From the NCBI RefSeq assembly GCF_964355755.1, contig NC_092680.1, positions 18,733,045-18,797,044 on the forward strand: a stretch of 64,000 bases of DNA, read 5' to 3'. This stretch comes from Antedon mediterranea (lineage: Eukaryota; Animalia; Echinodermata). The notes under the pieces are model-generated. The model was not told the origin of the DNA, ran no database searches, and was given only the letters and a program-made list of their open reading frames with translations. Position 1 is the stretch's first letter; each line of letters begins with the position of its first letter. Made by a program: the position numbers and the translations under genes. Shown here piece by piece: positions 60,286-64,000 of the stretch.

Positions 60286-61520
60286 ACTAATTGCAATCTG
60301 AGTATTTTCCACACCTTAATTTTTAATAGATTTTGTAGCCAGGCCCTATGGGTTTTCATTTATTACTAGGTCAAATTTGTTTTTATAATGCATATCTTTA
60401 AATCAACACATTTGCATTGTTTTTAGGGTAAAAGTAAATGTCCTTCAGGTCAAATTAATATTCTATTTATTTCAATTATTGCAGTTAATAAATAACTAAT
60501 ATCAGCATAAAAGTGTTTTAACATATTTATTGTAGAAATTGTAAATGCCAGCTTTTTTAATTATCTTTTACAATTAATCTACAAGCCTGGCACAAGAAAA
60601 TTAATTATAACATTTATATTATTTGAAAACTGCTTACATTTTGTGAAGGCTTGATTATATATAATATGGCCAATGAATAGATAATTCATCTTGTACTTAA
60701 TGATGAAAAATGAAGATTATTAATAATAAAATCTGACTTTTACAGGTTTTAGTAAAGTTGTTCATTTCCATTAAAAAAACAAACACATAAAAATAATTAT
60801 TTCACTTTAACAAAAAGACAAGAAAATTGCCAAAACCCATTGTCAAACAGATAATGGACTCCTGGTTGACTTTTTTCTTTCAATTGCATTTTTGGTATTT
60901 ATAATTTTTCCAATAAATATTATGTGATATTAAAATGGCCTATTCAAGAATGTACTTATGTATCTTAATAATAATAATAATAATTCTTTCAACAATAAAT
61001 TCACTCCTGGTTCTTTTATTATATAAATTTATAATTTTGTAATATTTGTTATATTTTTGTCTACTGTGTATATGATGGTTGAAAGAAACATCATTCCAGT
61101 CCCATCTACCACATTATTTTATGCTCAGATTCACGTAGAAGTATTGGTATTCTTGAGGATGGCGTCAGTTGTAACGCTATTCTTATTGTGATTGTATGAA
61201 ACGAACAATCAACAAGGGAACTAAGGTGAAGCAGATGTGTTTTTAGAGGTGTTTATCAAATCAATAGAATGCTGAAGCATGTAAAGAGATTGTTTACATT
61301 CATTTCATACAAATGTGTATTGGGCTGTTTTGAAAAGAACTGGTTTATTCTCGAAACCGGTTTTCAGTAACTTGTTATATACGGTAACCAAAATAACTAT
61401 TTTTTATTATTTACATTTTTTTAAATTAATATTGTATTTACATTTTTTTTATTTAGGGGGCAGATGAAGGTAAAGGCAGACCAAAATACACAAACCAACA
61501 GTGGTGTTGGTATTCAATAA

Positions 61521-61721
61521 GTGCTAGCTTACCTGGATAAACTGACAATAGCCCTTTCTCCCCAAAGAGCGAGATATAACTCAAAATATAGAAATGTTCA
61601 TTGCAAACCCCTCTCCATAAATGGTATATTACATGAACTATGCCACCATCATCATTTTGAGTTATATCTCGCTCTTCGAGGAGAAAGGGCTATTGTCGGT
61701 TTATCCAGGTAAGCTAGGCAC
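61521..61721. mobile_element. MITE / fold-back element with ~65-bp terminal inverted repeats
   Basis: ctagcttacctggataaac...gagcgagatataactcaaaat pairs with attttgagttatatctcgctc...gtttatccaggtaagctag. Confidence 0.85.
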
Positions 61722-62141
61722 GAAATAGACTGGATTCTGGATATTACAGTATCTATACCATATCAAGAAATTGACAAATGAAAACATTACATACAATTGT
61801 GCTAAAAGTGGATGTATATATTATATTGATGACATTAAAAACTTGTATTGAGATACTATAGTGATCTCTATGGTTAATATGTAATGAAGCTGTGAATAAT
61901 GTGTGAACAAATCATTTTGATAAAACCAATTAGCTATCAACCTAATTAGCATTGTCAGTTAATCTCATTAATCTTTAAAATGATAATAGGATGAACCTAA
62001 TCCTATTTAATCCCTATTTATTGTAAAAATTAGCTATTATGTTAATTATATTAAGCAGGATTGATAAACAGGTCTTCAAAACTGTAGAGCATGGTATAAT
62101 AAGTTACTCATATTTTGATGAGACACCCATTTATATAATCA

Positions 62142-62155
62142 GTTGCCATAGCAAC
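62142..62155. promoter_or_regulatory. RFX X-box motif GTTGCCATAGCAAC
   Basis: Near-perfect match to the X-box consensus; function untested. Confidence 0.45.
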
Positions 62156-63779
62156 CTTCACATAGCACTCAGCGTTACCTTTATAAACCAGACAGAGGAG
62201 AATTTAATGAGTATGATTGTAAAAACAGAAACACAACATTCAAAAGCATACAATACAAGCAGTTCAACATTGAAACATTGAGGACATATTTCATACAGCA
62301 GAATATAAAGTTATGATGGTTATTTTCTTGTCAGCAGAAATGGGTCAAAAATTATAAACCACAGAAAAAAAATAGTGTCATTCATATACTGGAAAGTTGA
62401 TCAAAGGGTTATTTCTTAAGTGCAGTTTTTAAAACCATTCTTTTTCTTGCCAGCAGAAATGGGTAAAACAAAAAATACTTCTTGACTGGACAATTGAACA
62501 AAAGAATTTTTTCATTAACATGCTCCTTTTATATTTAATACATTAAGAAACACTGATTTAATATCCATCATTTCTGCTTTTATGTTTACCACAAAAAAAA
62601 AGAGACAATGCTTTTCATTGCAATGGAAATATCTTCGTTCAGGAGGTTTACGTCAGTATTTTATCTGTTGCGCTATATAAATTTGACATTATAACATCAA
62701 CATTATAAAATGGTTAATTCAACTGTTTTATTAACATCAACAACAACATTTATTTAGAAAACAGTTCATGAAATAAAAACAGCGTACATTAATTACAATA
62801 ACTGAAAATGGTAACATAAAAAAGAACTGTTTCAGGGACCAGAAAAAGAAGTAAAAGAACTTGTCAAAAACCAACCCAAAACGAAAACAACAAAAGAGCA
62901 ACTGCAAGACAAATCATTAGCTAATAATAATTGATCTATAAATTATAATCCTACAAAATTTATGGTTGAGCATGATAGGACATTATAGGGTCTAAAGTTT
63001 ACAAACTTTGATTGACAAAGTTCATGTGATATGCCAGTTCATACACAGTACATCATGTTAGTATAAATTTATGTAAATATAATAAAGTGCAATGATAAGA
63101 ACAATTACCTATTTTTTTTTTATCTTTTTATAAATTCACATACGGCATAGATCTATGGCAAAGATACTACTACTAGAACTACACCATGAACCAGGGGTAC
63201 AGTGGCGTAATAACTATGAGCACTCATTGGCTAAACCCTGGGGCCTGGAGCCTTTGAGGGCCCCTGAGCAGTGCCCAGAGGAAAAATAAGCATTAAAATA
63301 TGTTGGAAAAGGCTAAGAACGGCTGATGCCTCCAGCCTAAGGCTGTTAGGGTAACTAAACCAGGGGTTTTGCTATAGGTCTCTGGTTGAAAAGGGCTTGA
63401 TTTGCAAGAATATATTTTAAACAAGTATATTGTTGGGTAAGAACAAGAATTGTGTATGATACTGTCCATTTTTTTAACAAACACAAGCTAAACATCAGTT
63501 TTTAAATCCGACATGTTGTGAACATTCACTCTGTGGTACGATAAATCAGATAAAGATGGTAACTTATTAGTTCAAACCGCAAAATGACGTACAGTAACCA
63601 CAAATGACAAATAACAACTTTATCAACTACCTTTGCTCCATAGAAAAATATAAAAATCTAAATCGAAGATAGCCAATTTAAATGTGTGTACAAGGGACCT
63701 ACTTTATCTTTATAATGTACAAAAAAAAAAAAATCAAAAATTGATAAGAGGTCACTAGCATAAAAATGTTATTTAGGCC

Positions 63780-63990
63780 CTGTTTCTGCTGCCAAGAAAA
63801 TACAGTATTTTATATGGTATTTTTTGAATACCGTATTTATACCGTATTTTTTTGGCAGCAGAAAATACCGTATTTTGTATACCGTATTTTCCCCACAAAA
63901 TTTGTGGATAAAATACGGTTTACAAATTTATACCGTATTTTTTATACCCTTTTCTTCTGCCAATAAAAAATACCGTATTTTTTTTTCTGT
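63780..63990. repeat. Repeat with recurring aaataccgtatttt and inverted ctgctgccaa/ttggcagcag (probable DNA-element end)
   Basis: Directly visible; truncated by the window edge. Confidence 0.55.
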
Positions 63991-64000
63991 CGCTGTCAGC

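Noticed and set aside
59999-60369. Repetitive ORFs on both strands
   Set aside because: Translations of an 18-bp minisatellite.
54069-64000. Canonical first coding exon of the gene
   Set aside because: No convincing ATG exon with a phase-1 donor was found; it probably lies beyond the window.

Overview
AT-rich, intron-rich animal (probably invertebrate) genomic DNA; nothing prokaryotic is evident. Almost the whole window is the 5' part of one minus-strand spectraplakin gene (MACF1/dystonin/Shot family). I could chain about 45 exons with canonical GT-AG sites and consistent phases: CH1 (54068-41496), CH2 (33157-30568), plakin domain with SH3 (30091-18059), a giant 4,137-nt exon (15878-11742), and spectrin-repeat rod exons that run off the left edge. 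The first exon(s) feeding CH1 were not identified. The most notable structures are: (1) a rod built from a tandemly duplicated ~7-spectrin-repeat block with reciprocal intron differences; (2) the giant frame-symmetric exon, disordered and without visible plectin repeats; (3) a CH1-skipping alternative first exon with a myristoylation/palmitoylation-type N-terminus; (4) plakin repeat SR6 apparently replaced by phase-1 cassette exons plus a stop-containing terminal exon; (5) further candidate internal first exons and microexons, one with an in-frame UGA. Introns contain Helentron/DINE-like elements, a TTAA-targeting TIR element, MITEs, SINE fragments, a 5S rRNA-derived piece and several minisatellites. 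All exon calls are manual predictions without transcript data.
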